Virus record (IMG/VR): IMGVR_UViG_3300030330_005471
Length of the DNA: 64,000 nucleotides
Origin: a virus
Taxonomy: Duplodnaviria; Caudoviricetes
Reading direction: 5' to 3' (one strand)
Shown: positions 20,201 through 28,412 of the stretch, piece by piece
Layout: every line of letters begins with the position of its first letter
Numbering within the stretch: the stretch's first letter is position 1
Translations under genes and position numbers: made by a program
Notes under the pieces: model-generated
What the model saw: only the letters and a program-made list of their open reading frames with translations
Databases searched by the model: none
Told to the model about the DNA's origin: nothing

Positions 20201-20652
20201 TATGTGTTGATAAGCCGAGAACAAAGAAAAAGCTTGACGAGAACATTGAGACATATCGTCCCGAAGGTTCGTTCACTCAAGAGGAAAAGATAGAACACAT
20301 CGCAGATCTCACAGGCATCTTTCCCATCTCAATGGTTATGACAGACCATATTCAGAATAGACTAGCAGAGAAATTTGTCCCACCTATCTCAGAGTATGAC
20401 AACGACTTGCAGCTTTGTTGGGGTATTCCTCGCAAAGTTGAGCTAAAGAAGACTCGTAATGGTAAGCATTATTTTATGATTACACTTATTGATTCCAATT
20501 CGGTTGAGACAAGAATACGCTGTTGGTCTGTTGACCCCAACAAAGATGTAATATACCCAAACAGACCATATATGTTGAAGCCTAAATATTCGCTTGACTG
20601 GGGTTTTAGTACTTACGGGAGGGTTGACCAGTCATGGGTTCTTTTAGGATAG
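17206..20652 (+). CDS. dnaE: DNA polymerase III alpha subunit (family C)
   Basis: PHP domain (LHAHS, ALTDHG, PIFGVEAY), GPGRGSAAGSLV, PDIDYD, HAGG, KFDILGL, RPGP, YGFNKSHA. Confidence 0.97.
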   Translation: MKFVNLHAHSGVGSPFDGFGYPQEHMDFAFENGCEALALTDHGNMNGFAYQVLHAKKMKAAGKNFKPIFGVEAYFIPSVDEWKVQLEEFKKDKKKAKTINADRSGTNIEADGESKGMSKSDINRTRHLILIAMNQTGLNNIFKMVSESYHGDYYYRKPRVDYDLLSKYGEGVIAMSACLGGVYAGCYWQKREEGDEAVLDCMREVTREMQSIFGDRWYGELQWNGVPEQHELNKYIIQIADEFNMKLVSTADSHYPNPDAWKDRELYKRLGWLGKGKPEWLDMNIPSEVQELEYELYPKNGIEMWDAYIQYSEECDVEYDDDLVRDSIEESYRIAFERCEDFMPDTTVRLPDFVVPAGYDEDGYLKRLASEGLFSILKSKGLTQKQTKSKSLIHEYEQRLEHELSVIADRGFSKYFLTMKAISDKTNEVQLSGPGRGSAAGSLVAYALGITQIDPIKYGLLFSRFLRSDATDYPDIDYDVSDPMVLKDILIDEWGDSTVVPISNWNTLQLRSLIKDISKFYEIPFTEVNAVTGKMLAEATPLAKKKHGIKAGVYTPTFEEVIEFSDSLQKFFKKYPDVKDHCEALQGSYRSCSRHAGGVVVGEGLDRYMPLISSKGVRQTPWSEGQNVRQLEPMGFIKFDILGLSTLRMIEDCIGKILRRHHGIENPTFEDIKKYYDEKLHPDNIDLNDQQVYDTIFGEGRWIGIFQFTENGAQRFAKQVKPKSIIDLSAITSIYRPGPLSAGVDKSYVEAVEDPSSVRYLHPIVEEVTRETHGFLIFQEQIAMLAYRLGDGITMDEANLLRKILTKKGTGKGFEVKDRIHTKFIRGCKGHGISEHEAQRLWQTFEYFSGYGFNKSHAVSYSVISYQCAWLCTYHQTEWVASFLDKEPESRKEKAINLAKQHGYNIKPLNVNYSEDTWRIEDDETLIAPLTGIKGFGDSAFEQIMLHRPFNTAEELLFHPDVKYSKLNKKALDVLCRAGALSDLVDERFTGDKHFWSAVCVDKPRTKKKLDENIETYRPEGSFTQEEKIEHIADLTGIFPISMVMTDHIQNRLAEKFVPPISEYDNDLQLCWGIPRKVELKKTRNGKHYFMITLIDSNSVETRIRCWSVDPNKDVIYPNRPYMLKPKYSLDWGFSTYGRVDQSWVLLG

Positions 20653-20807
20653 GTGAATTGGTGCAATATGCATTGGCAAACGAACCACTGGGTCTTATCA
20701 TTGATCATCGCGATGAATGGAAGGTTATGAAGATCTTGTGGTTCACATGTGACCGACCCATGTGGGTTGAGAAAAAATATATAAAAAAATACTTGACAAA
20801 AACTTGA
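20634..20807 (+). CDS. Small SH3/KOW-like family protein (MGSFRIGELVQY...)
   Basis: Manual translation, 57 aa, overlaps dnaE stop. Confidence 0.55.
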   Translation: MGSFRIGELVQYALANEPLGLIIDHRDEWKVMKILWFTCDRPMWVEKKYIKKYLTKT

Positions 20808-20846
20808 AACGTGTTATAATATGAATATGAAAAAAAGGAGGATGAT

Positions 20847-21365
20847 ATGACTATCATACACAATCATGGTGCTGCTGTGTCTGGCACTAAATCAGAAAAA
20901 GAATTACACAGGATAACCGAATCTGTTGGTTTTGCTTACTTAAAAGTTAAAGAAGACTTTGAAAAGCGAGGTTTGTCTGAGTGGGGTAGGAGATACCACA
21001 AGCCTCCAAAACTCTGGAACCAGAAAACAAAGAAAGGAAAGCAAAGAAAGTTTGTTTCTGATGGTTTCATACCGATAACAGAAGATGGAAGAGGAATTAT
21101 CATAGAACAAAAGCATTCCGATAAACATGGAACAACCGAAGAAAAAGTCTTCTATGACTTAAAGAAAATACAAAAAGGTGTTTATGGAAGTGAAAATGTT
21201 TTATGGTACGTATTCACCGGAGAAGCAGCGGGAGATATCGAGGTTTACAAAGAATTCTGCTTGGAAGCTGAGGCTCTTAACTTAGATGTTAGAATAATTT
21301 GGGGCTTCGACAATTATAAAAAACAACTACAAAAATTAAAGGAGAAAATCGATGGACAAGGATAA
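20847..21365 (+). CDS. PD-(D/E)XK nuclease, putative restriction endonuclease
   Basis: SDGFI...IIEQKHSDKHGTTEEK; overlaps the MTase gene. Confidence 0.7.
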   Translation: MTIIHNHGAAVSGTKSEKELHRITESVGFAYLKVKEDFEKRGLSEWGRRYHKPPKLWNQKTKKGKQRKFVSDGFIPITEDGRGIIIEQKHSDKHGTTEEKVFYDLKKIQKGVYGSENVLWYVFTGEAAGDIEVYKEFCLEAEALNLDVRIIWGFDNYKKQLQKLKEKIDGQG

Positions 21366-22497
21366 AAAAATAACAACCTATGGTATTCGTTACTTGGGAA
21401 GTAAAAACAAAATATTGCCACTAATCACACAGGTTATAAATGACTTGGACAAACAAGACATGAGAGTAATTGATGTGTTTACAGGCACGACAAGGGTCGC
21501 TCAGGCCCTTAAACAAGAAGGTTACGAGGTTATCACTAGTGACCTATCTTGGGCCTCTGAGGTGTACTCTGAGGCGTTTATATGCAATAATGGAGATGTA
21601 TCACATCTCGAGCAATACATCGATCAGCTTAACTTGGTTAAGCCAAAAGCTGACTGGTTGACGAAACACTATTGTAATGTTGCAGCACAAGCAGATCCTA
21701 GTGTCAATATTAAAGTGTGGACAAAGAAGAACGGAGAAAAGGCCGACGCAATAAGAGAGGAGATAGAGAGCATGGAAATAGAACCATGGGAAAAGTCTTA
21801 TCTAATAGCGTGTCTTATCTTTTCCCTAGATAAGTTAGACAACACCGTTGGTCTACAACAAGCTTATCTTAAGGGATGGAAGTCAGACAGAGTTCATAAA
21901 GACTTGGTTCTTTCTCCTCTGCCGGGTATTGAAGGATTGAAAGGAGAGCACATCTCCGGAGACGCCTTGAAGATAGCATATCCAAGTGCATCCGTTGCTT
22001 ATCTTGATCCACCATACACAGCAGCAGACTATTCAACGTATTATCATATTTGGGACAGTATTGCCCGTTGGGATAAACCGCAAGTAAGTCTCAAGACCAA
22101 CAGAAGAATCGACAGAGTAAAGCAAAAAACAAATGAAAAATGGGATAAAACTATGAAAAGTCCTTGGTATTCTAAGAAAACAGCTTTGAAGGCAACTAAA
22201 GAGCTCATAGACCGACTCCCAGTTAGATATTGCGTATTCTCTTATTCTGATGAAGGTCTTATCAAGTATGATGAAATGGAAGATTTATGCAGCAACTATG
22301 AAAGCTATGAGTTTCACCAACAAGAGCACGACAGACATGTTATGTCTCGTATTGGTGCTGGTGGTGACAAAGCAGAGAATGCAAAGAAGAAAAAGAATGT
22401 CGAGTATGTTATAGTAATCGACAAAGGTGAAGAAGTAGATATGGATGACGTAACTGCTGATTATACCGGTGAGATATACAAAGGAAAACATTTATAA
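21352..22497 (+). CDS. DNA N6-adenine methyltransferase (D12/alpha class)
   Basis: RYLGSK, DVFTGT, AYLDPPY, YHIW, FSYSDEG. Confidence 0.9.
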   Translation: MDKDKKITTYGIRYLGSKNKILPLITQVINDLDKQDMRVIDVFTGTTRVAQALKQEGYEVITSDLSWASEVYSEAFICNNGDVSHLEQYIDQLNLVKPKADWLTKHYCNVAAQADPSVNIKVWTKKNGEKADAIREEIESMEIEPWEKSYLIACLIFSLDKLDNTVGLQQAYLKGWKSDRVHKDLVLSPLPGIEGLKGEHISGDALKIAYPSASVAYLDPPYTAADYSTYYHIWDSIARWDKPQVSLKTNRRIDRVKQKTNEKWDKTMKSPWYSKKTALKATKELIDRLPVRYCVFSYSDEGLIKYDEMEDLCSNYESYEFHQQEHDRHVMSRIGAGGDKAENAKKKKNVEYVIVIDKGEEVDMDDVTADYTGEIYKGKHL

Positions 22498-22527
22498 CAT
22501 TGTTACAATAACAAAAGGAGGTAAATA

Positions 22528-22833
22528 ATGTGGAATGACAATAAAGACAATATAGTGATGGTCGCTGAGTGGGATGATGAGTCCGTCGACAAAGACGAGG
22601 CTGGTCACATGATCGACTTCATCAAATCAGTAAAAGCGATTGAGGATGCAATGGCTCCGTACAAAGAGCAGTTGAAAGACCTCAAGGCAAACTATAAAGA
22701 GCAAGAGTGGTTGGATGCAAAACAACAACGAATGGCTATTAAGATTCATCGTATGATTAAAGATGATGTTGATCTATCTGAGTTTATAGATCTGTACAAT
22801 TCAATTAACACCATTGTTAAAAAGGAGGACTAA
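22528..22833 (+). CDS. Small coiled-coil protein, possibly dsDNA-binding
   Basis: GGAGGT RBS; IEDAMAPYKEQLKDLKANY. Confidence 0.65.
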   Translation: MWNDNKDNIVMVAEWDDESVDKDEAGHMIDFIKSVKAIEDAMAPYKEQLKDLKANYKEQEWLDAKQQRMAIKIHRMIKDDVDLSEFIDLYNSINTIVKKED

Positions 22834-23093
22834 TGGAAGTAACAAATGAAAACCCGCAAGAAACTCACCTGTTAACTCAGGGGGACTTGGCAATAGCAGC
22901 GTATGCTTTGTCTGAAGTGTTTAACTCATATCTTGAACAATACCAACAAGAAGAGTTTGGAGAATTAACCAAAGAGCAGATGGAAACATCCATGAACAAC
23001 TTGAGATTGACTTTTGTAAAGTTTGACTCAATGTTGAGAGCATTAGACCCAGAACAGGAGGAAACAAATGAAAGTCAAAATCAAAAAGCTTAG
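22833..23093 (+). CDS. Hypothetical protein
   Basis: TAATG coupling, AGGAGG RBS. Confidence 0.65.
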   Translation: MEVTNENPQETHLLTQGDLAIAAYALSEVFNSYLEQYQQEEFGELTKEQMETSMNNLRLTFVKFDSMLRALDPEQEETNESQNQKA

Positions 23094-23487
23094 TCCCGAT
23101 GCCAAGATACCTAGGTATGCTAAGCCCGGTGATGCCTGCATGGATCTCTATGCTGTTAGTCACACGCTTGATAAATATGGCAATCAGGTATATGATACTC
23201 AAATAGCTATAGAAATACCGGAAGGTTATGTTGGCTTAGTGTTTCCAAGATCGTCCGTATCCAAGACTAGACTCTCATTACGAAATGCCGTAGGAGTGAT
23301 CGACTCTGGATACAGGGGTCCAATAATGCTAAAATACGGTGGAGACTCTGCCGGTTGTTACTTAGCAGGAGACAGAATAGGTCAGATAATGATTCTACCA
23401 TATCCTCAAATAGAGTTTGAAGAAGTTAATGAACTTTCTGATTCCGAGCGTGGATCGGGTGGTTTTGGTTCAACAGGAACTAATTAG
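23068..23487 (+). CDS. dut: Trimeric dUTPase
   Basis: DACMDL, PRSS, GVIDSGYRG, GDRIGQ, RGSGGFGSTG. Confidence 0.96.
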   Translation: MKVKIKKLSPDAKIPRYAKPGDACMDLYAVSHTLDKYGNQVYDTQIAIEIPEGYVGLVFPRSSVSKTRLSLRNAVGVIDSGYRGPIMLKYGGDSAGCYLAGDRIGQIMILPYPQIEFEEVNELSDSERGSGGFGSTGTN

Positions 23488-23490
23488 GAT

Positions 23491-23811
23491 ATGTCAGAAG
23501 TTAAGAAGAAAGTACAGTTCGTAGACACGGACATACGACATGCACAACTCAGAATTCAGCTTGAACGAGAAGATCTCACACAGGCTGAATTCTTTCGTGC
23601 CTGTCTAACGGGAATGATTGAAAATGACCCAGCGTTCATGAAGTATATAAGAAAATACAAGGACTCAAAAAACATCGGACAGAAGCGGTCAGCTAAGATA
23701 TTAGAAAAAGAAGACCAAGCCTCAGACGATCTTATGAAAAAGTTCGGTATTAAAGACGATGAACTTGAAAATATTTTTGATTTAATTGCTGAAGAACATC
23801 CGGATCTATAA
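23491..23811 (+). CDS. Hypothetical protein, possibly DNA-binding
   Basis: HAQLRIQL..EDLTQAEFFR. Confidence 0.65.
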   Translation: MSEVKKKVQFVDTDIRHAQLRIQLEREDLTQAEFFRACLTGMIENDPAFMKYIRKYKDSKNIGQKRSAKILEKEDQASDDLMKKFGIKDDELENIFDLIAEEHPDL

Positions 23812-23869
23812 TACTTTTCTACTTTTAGCTTCTATTTATATTAGATTTAACATTAAGGAGATACAATCA

Positions 23870-24460
23870 ATGTCTAAAAAACTTTTATCAGAAGCCCAAG
23901 TTCGCCGTTTCCAAAGCTTGGCAAGTATCAAGCCCCTTCAAGAAATGGGTAGTTACGCTATGAAGCGTGACGAAAAAGAAAACAATGAAGGTTTATATCA
24001 AGAAGAAGTTGTTTCTGAGGAAGAAGAAAAGCCTATGGAAACAATGTATGAGGAAGAAGCCGAAGATGAACCAGCACCAGCACCAGAACCAGAAATGGAC
24101 ATGGCTGACGCTGATGGCGATGAAGTCGATATGACCTCTGATGATCTTTCAGCTGTGGCAGATGCTCTTGACACTCTTTCAAGCAAACTAGCACCCTTAT
24201 TGGACGCAGTTGACGCACCAGAAGGAGAAGACGAAGCTGCTGAAATGCCTGCTATGGAACCTTCAGCTGATGCTGGCGAAGAAGATGAAGAAGAACCAGC
24301 TGGTGCAATGGATGATATCCTTCAAGAAGCTCTTAAAGGTATTGAGTACGAACCATCTCAAGGCGAGATTGTTAAGGCTGTCGCTCTTCGTGTAGCTAAA
24401 AGACTACAAGAAGCAAAGAAAGCTCAAGCAAAATTAGATAAAGCGTTAGGAAGAAAGTAA
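23870..24460 (+). CDS. Acidic low-complexity protein, putative head core/scaffold
   Basis: MSKKLLSEAQVRRFQSLA; E/D/P-rich; CTATTTA at 23832. Confidence 0.65.
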   Translation: MSKKLLSEAQVRRFQSLASIKPLQEMGSYAMKRDEKENNEGLYQEEVVSEEEEKPMETMYEEEAEDEPAPAPEPEMDMADADGDEVDMTSDDLSAVADALDTLSSKLAPLLDAVDAPEGEDEAAEMPAMEPSADAGEEDEEEPAGAMDDILQEALKGIEYEPSQGEIVKAVALRVAKRLQEAKKAQAKLDKALGRK

Positions 24461-24462
24461 AA

Positions 24463-24765
24463 ATGAAAATTACCAACGAACAATTAAAGCAAATTATCAA
24501 AGAAGAGCTTGAAGGAGTTCTTGAAGAACAACCTATCAATGAATCAATCAGTAATTTTTATGATAAACTTTTCAGATTAATTTTTGATTTCAGAAGAACA
24601 GCTTTTACCAGTCACGAAGACATGGTAAATAAAGTAAATGGAGCCGTTAAAGAAATTTTACAAAAAATGGAATCAGCACCAAATATCGGTCAAAGCAAAG
24701 CTGATCAAGCAAATGCCGAAAGTAGTGTTGTAGTTGGTGATCCAATGATGGAAACAAAAAAATAA
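24463..24765 (+). CDS. Tagged protein MKITNEQLKQIIKEEL
   Basis: Shared N-terminal tag. Confidence 0.7.
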   Translation: MKITNEQLKQIIKEELEGVLEEQPINESISNFYDKLFRLIFDFRRTAFTSHEDMVNKVNGAVKEILQKMESAPNIGQSKADQANAESSVVVGDPMMETKK

Positions 24766-24836
24766 TTTGACAAGCATACAACAGTATGTTATAATATATA
24801 AGGATGCTTGACATCCTTTTATTTTCTGGAGGCTAA

Positions 24837-25226
24837 ATGGAAATACTACTTTATATCTGCATTTTCTTTTGTGGATGGGTATGTCACTCCTTATTCTCCT
24901 ACACAATGTCTCTCGGATATTCCGTAATGTTGCTTCGGAAAGTCTTGAGAGACATTGTGTATATGATAACAAAGATAGTAGAAACAGCCTATCTTGTTCA
25001 TGAGATGAAGATCTTACAACTTTACAAGTTGAATCTTTCAGATCGAGAAATAGAGAATCACATAAAACTTCATGAGATTCAAATGGGCAACATAAAAAGA
25101 GATATTGTAGTTTCAATTACGAGAAACTTTCCAAATGCTTTTAGCAACTTGATTGAGTTTAACGATTGGGACACAATGATGAAATGGATAGATAAAGAAC
25201 TAAAAATCAAAAAGGAGGCCAAATGA
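24837..25226 (+). CDS. Hypothetical membrane-anchored protein
   Basis: Hydrophobic N-terminus; GGAGG RBS. Confidence 0.65.
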   Translation: MEILLYICIFFCGWVCHSLFSYTMSLGYSVMLLRKVLRDIVYMITKIVETAYLVHEMKILQLYKLNLSDREIENHIKLHEIQMGNIKRDIVVSITRNFPNAFSNLIEFNDWDTMMKWIDKELKIKKEAK

Positions 25227-25930
25227 GATTTAGTAAACAATTCACAACACCAAAGAAAGATAAGAAGAAGAGAAGAGCAAAACCGGTGCCTATCAAAGAG
25301 GCCCAAGAAGAGGCCCAAGATGGGGCCCAAGAACCAACAGAAGAGGAAAGAGAAGCCGCAGCTGCGTTGATGGCCGCCCTCACAGGTGGAGGCGAACAGA
25401 AAGACCTTCGCTCCATACTAATGTATGGCGATGTCAACGAAGACCGAGCAGCAGAAGTAATAGTTGGTATTATCAGCCTTTCGGAACAAGATCTAAAAGA
25501 AGGACAGGAACGACTGGATGATATGAAAATATATGTATCAACTTATGGTGGTTCTGCCGATGATATGATGTCAATATATGATATTATGCGGCTTGCAAAA
25601 AGCAAGTGCGACATTGAAACAATCGGAATGGGAAAGGTTATGTCAGCAGGGACGCTTATCCTTGCAGCAGGAACCAAAGGAAAGAGAAAGATTATGAAGA
25701 ACTGTCGAGTTATGATCCATGCAGTATCTGCTGGATCTGTTGGAGCGATTCACAATCTTCAAAACGAGATGGAAGAGATACAAGCGATTCAAGATGCTTA
25801 TATCCGTTGTCTTGTTGAGGAGACCGACTTGACAAAGAGACAACTCAAGAAGTTGTTAGACCAAAAGGTTAACGTATACCTTACAGCTGAAGAGGCTGTT
25901 GAATACGGCTTAGCAGACGAGGTAATATAA
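25223..25930 (+). CDS. clpP: ClpP-like serine protease
   Basis: IYVSTYGG, IYDIM, TIGMGKVMSAG, AAGTKGKR, RVMIH, YLTAEEAVEYGLAD. Confidence 0.9.
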   Translation: MRFSKQFTTPKKDKKKRRAKPVPIKEAQEEAQDGAQEPTEEEREAAAALMAALTGGGEQKDLRSILMYGDVNEDRAAEVIVGIISLSEQDLKEGQERLDDMKIYVSTYGGSADDMMSIYDIMRLAKSKCDIETIGMGKVMSAGTLILAAGTKGKRKIMKNCRVMIHAVSAGSVGAIHNLQNEMEEIQAIQDAYIRCLVEETDLTKRQLKKLLDQKVNVYLTAEEAVEYGLADEVI

Positions 25931-26803
25931 ATGGACGCAGAGTTTTACAATGAAGCCTCAGCATCTCGTCTTGGATGGACACCCGACTGGTTCGGGTGTT
26001 CTGAATTTGACGAAGAGCTGACGAAGGCTATTAAAAAATATCAAAAAGATAATGGCTTAAAGGCTGATGGCCTTTGTGGACCCGGAACATATCGAAGAGT
26101 ATGGACCGACCGACAAGCCACTTTGGAATACAGAAGAGACAGTATACCGGGACATAAGAATACAAGCATTATTTATAATAGTGATTACTTTGATATCGAA
26201 TGGGAGAAGGTTTTCCTTCCATTCATGTTTGGTGGTATGAAGTCTACCAAAGGCTACAAGAAGGTGGTTGAGAAGAGAGACATCAAAAATTTCGTATGTC
26301 ATTGGGACGTTTGTCTCAACTCTAAGTCGACTTGGAAAGTCTTGGAGAACCGTGGCTTGTCGGTACACTTCCTCATAGACAATGATGGAAGTATATACCA
26401 GTTGCTCGATATGAATCATATAGCATATCATGCCGGTTCATCCAAATGGAATGCAGCATCTGTTGGTGTTGAGATAGCAAACGCATACTACCCTAAGCAC
26501 CAGTCATGGTATGTTAAGCACGGTTTCGGAGAGAGGCCTATATGGGATAAGGCAAAAGTTCATGGCAAGACTCTAAAGCCATTCTTGGGCTTTTATGACG
26601 TACAAATGGAAGCTCTTAAGGCTTTAATGAAAGCTGTACACAACGCTACTGGTATCCCTTTGAAGACGCCAAATACCGATACAACATACAGAACGGCGGT
26701 TAATGGAACATATCGTGGGTTTATCTCGCATTATCATTTGAAAAAAACCAAGATCGATTGTGCCGGATTGAACATTGAAGAACTAATTAAGGCAATAGAA
26801 TAG
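25931..26803 (+). CDS. Endolysin-like: peptidoglycan-binding domain plus N-acetylmuramoyl-L-alanine amidase (Amidase_2)
   Basis: AIKKYQ..NGLKADGLCGPGT; VCHWD, SVHFLID.DG.IYQ, AYHAG, SVGVEI, SHYH..KIDC. Confidence 0.88.
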   Translation: MDAEFYNEASASRLGWTPDWFGCSEFDEELTKAIKKYQKDNGLKADGLCGPGTYRRVWTDRQATLEYRRDSIPGHKNTSIIYNSDYFDIEWEKVFLPFMFGGMKSTKGYKKVVEKRDIKNFVCHWDVCLNSKSTWKVLENRGLSVHFLIDNDGSIYQLLDMNHIAYHAGSSKWNAASVGVEIANAYYPKHQSWYVKHGFGERPIWDKAKVHGKTLKPFLGFYDVQMEALKALMKAVHNATGIPLKTPNTDTTYRTAVNGTYRGFISHYHLKKTKIDCAGLNIEELIKAIE

Positions 26804-26814
26804 GAGTTTCATAA

Positions 26815-28350
26815 ATGAAATTAGATGAAAAAGAAATAGAAAAACTTATTGAAGAGTTATTACAGGAGAGAAATGTTAAAATCAGAAATCCACAGAGCTC
26901 TGAGTCAGACGCGGATTATCTCCAAGCAATTTCTATTGGTCCCCAGTCAAAATCAAAGGCCCTAGATGCCGATCTTTCAAAAGCAAAAGGAAATGAACAA
27001 CCATTCGATAACGACGCAGAAATAAAGGCGGCTATTATCGCTCTCAGAGATCTTGTAGGAGAGCCAAATAATACTATTGATCTTGGCGATTTCGCCAGAG
27101 CCTCTGAGCTTGATGATGATGCACCAGCCAAAAAAATGGCACAATGGTTGAGTCAAAATGCTAATAGAGCCAAAGATCGATCAGAATATGGTGGCTATTT
27201 TCCTCAAGCGCGTGATTATGGAGACGAAGCAACTCAAGATTTGGCTAGTCCCGGTGATTCACCCAAGCAACAAGAGATAGACCCAGATAAACTTCCATTT
27301 TCAGATCCAAAAATATATAGTGCATCAGGTGGAGCTGGTCAATTTGGAGGAAAAATATTATCATCTTTTTCTTCTTTTTTCGAATCCATGGGGGCTGCTT
27401 CTTTGCAAGATAGAATCATAGCGATAAGTCAAGTTAGCAAAGCCATGATCAGTGAAGATACCACAGTCAAACTTAAAAATCTATTGCCAACCCACAGAGA
27501 ACAGCTTAATGCCGCTATATGTATGGATTATATGGCTGCACTGTTTAAAGAATTTGACCATGGAGCTGGGGCGTACTTTTTCGAAATGTTTGCCGGCATG
27601 ATAACCGGTGGCATTGTTTCTGGTAAGGGTATGAAAGGTGACGATTTTATAATGGTCAGCGATGGAGGCGATGCATTGGAAGGGAGCACTAAATTCTTTT
27701 CAGCCACCAAAGAAGCCGATCAAGCGTTAAGTGGCTTCACCGAAGGTGTAGAGGTCAATTACCTTTTTGCTTGGAAAAGAAGCGGAGGGGCAGTAGGTTC
27801 CGTTTCTTCAACAGCCGAACCAGATGAAATTTTAGAAATTGATCTTTATCAATTCTCTATCACAAAAAATAGCGACGGCTCAGTCACAGCCTCTGGCGAT
27901 GTTAGTGCCAGCGTAACTGGTGGACAAAACCCAAAAGTTCTGTTTGATATGAAATCTAGTTCAGGAGTGCCGGTCACAACAACTCTTTACCTTGCAAATG
28001 TATCAGGGAGACAAGGTTTCAAAACAGCACTTGAAAGTGGACTAAAGAAAGAAGAAAAGGGTTTACAAGATGCATATGAACATTTTAAGAAATATATTGA
28101 AAATATGCAATTATCATCCCAACTTACAAAGTCTTACATAGCCGATGGGAGGACCACAGATGCAACAGAAAGCATTAGCAAACTAAAACTGGCTGATACT
28201 AGTTTAAAAAACCTTTATAAAAGTGGAGATTCAAAAGCAGAAGGCTTCGGCAGAAAAGTATCAAGAGGAAAAGTCTCCGAATCCAAATTCGAATCCCTTG
28301 ATAAACTGATAGCCGAAACAATGCGAGACATAAGAAAAAAACGAAAATAA
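26815..28350 (+). CDS. Tagged hypothetical protein (MKLDEKEIEKLIEE), putative virion cargo
   Basis: 511-aa ORF; CTAATTA at 26783. Confidence 0.75.
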   Translation: MKLDEKEIEKLIEELLQERNVKIRNPQSSESDADYLQAISIGPQSKSKALDADLSKAKGNEQPFDNDAEIKAAIIALRDLVGEPNNTIDLGDFARASELDDDAPAKKMAQWLSQNANRAKDRSEYGGYFPQARDYGDEATQDLASPGDSPKQQEIDPDKLPFSDPKIYSASGGAGQFGGKILSSFSSFFESMGAASLQDRIIAISQVSKAMISEDTTVKLKNLLPTHREQLNAAICMDYMAALFKEFDHGAGAYFFEMFAGMITGGIVSGKGMKGDDFIMVSDGGDALEGSTKFFSATKEADQALSGFTEGVEVNYLFAWKRSGGAVGSVSSTAEPDEILEIDLYQFSITKNSDGSVTASGDVSASVTGGQNPKVLFDMKSSSGVPVTTTLYLANVSGRQGFKTALESGLKKEEKGLQDAYEHFKKYIENMQLSSQLTKSYIADGRTTDATESISKLKLADTSLKNLYKSGDSKAEGFGRKVSRGKVSESKFESLDKLIAETMRDIRKKRK

Positions 28351-28412
28351 TACTTGACAAATAACACAAAAGCGGTTATAATATATACATAAGTTTAAAA
28401 CATGGAGGCCAA

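Noticed and set aside
17206-20652. Intein or intron in dnaE, helicase or RNR
   Set aside because: Lengths are normal and no splice-junction or homing-endonuclease motifs were seen.
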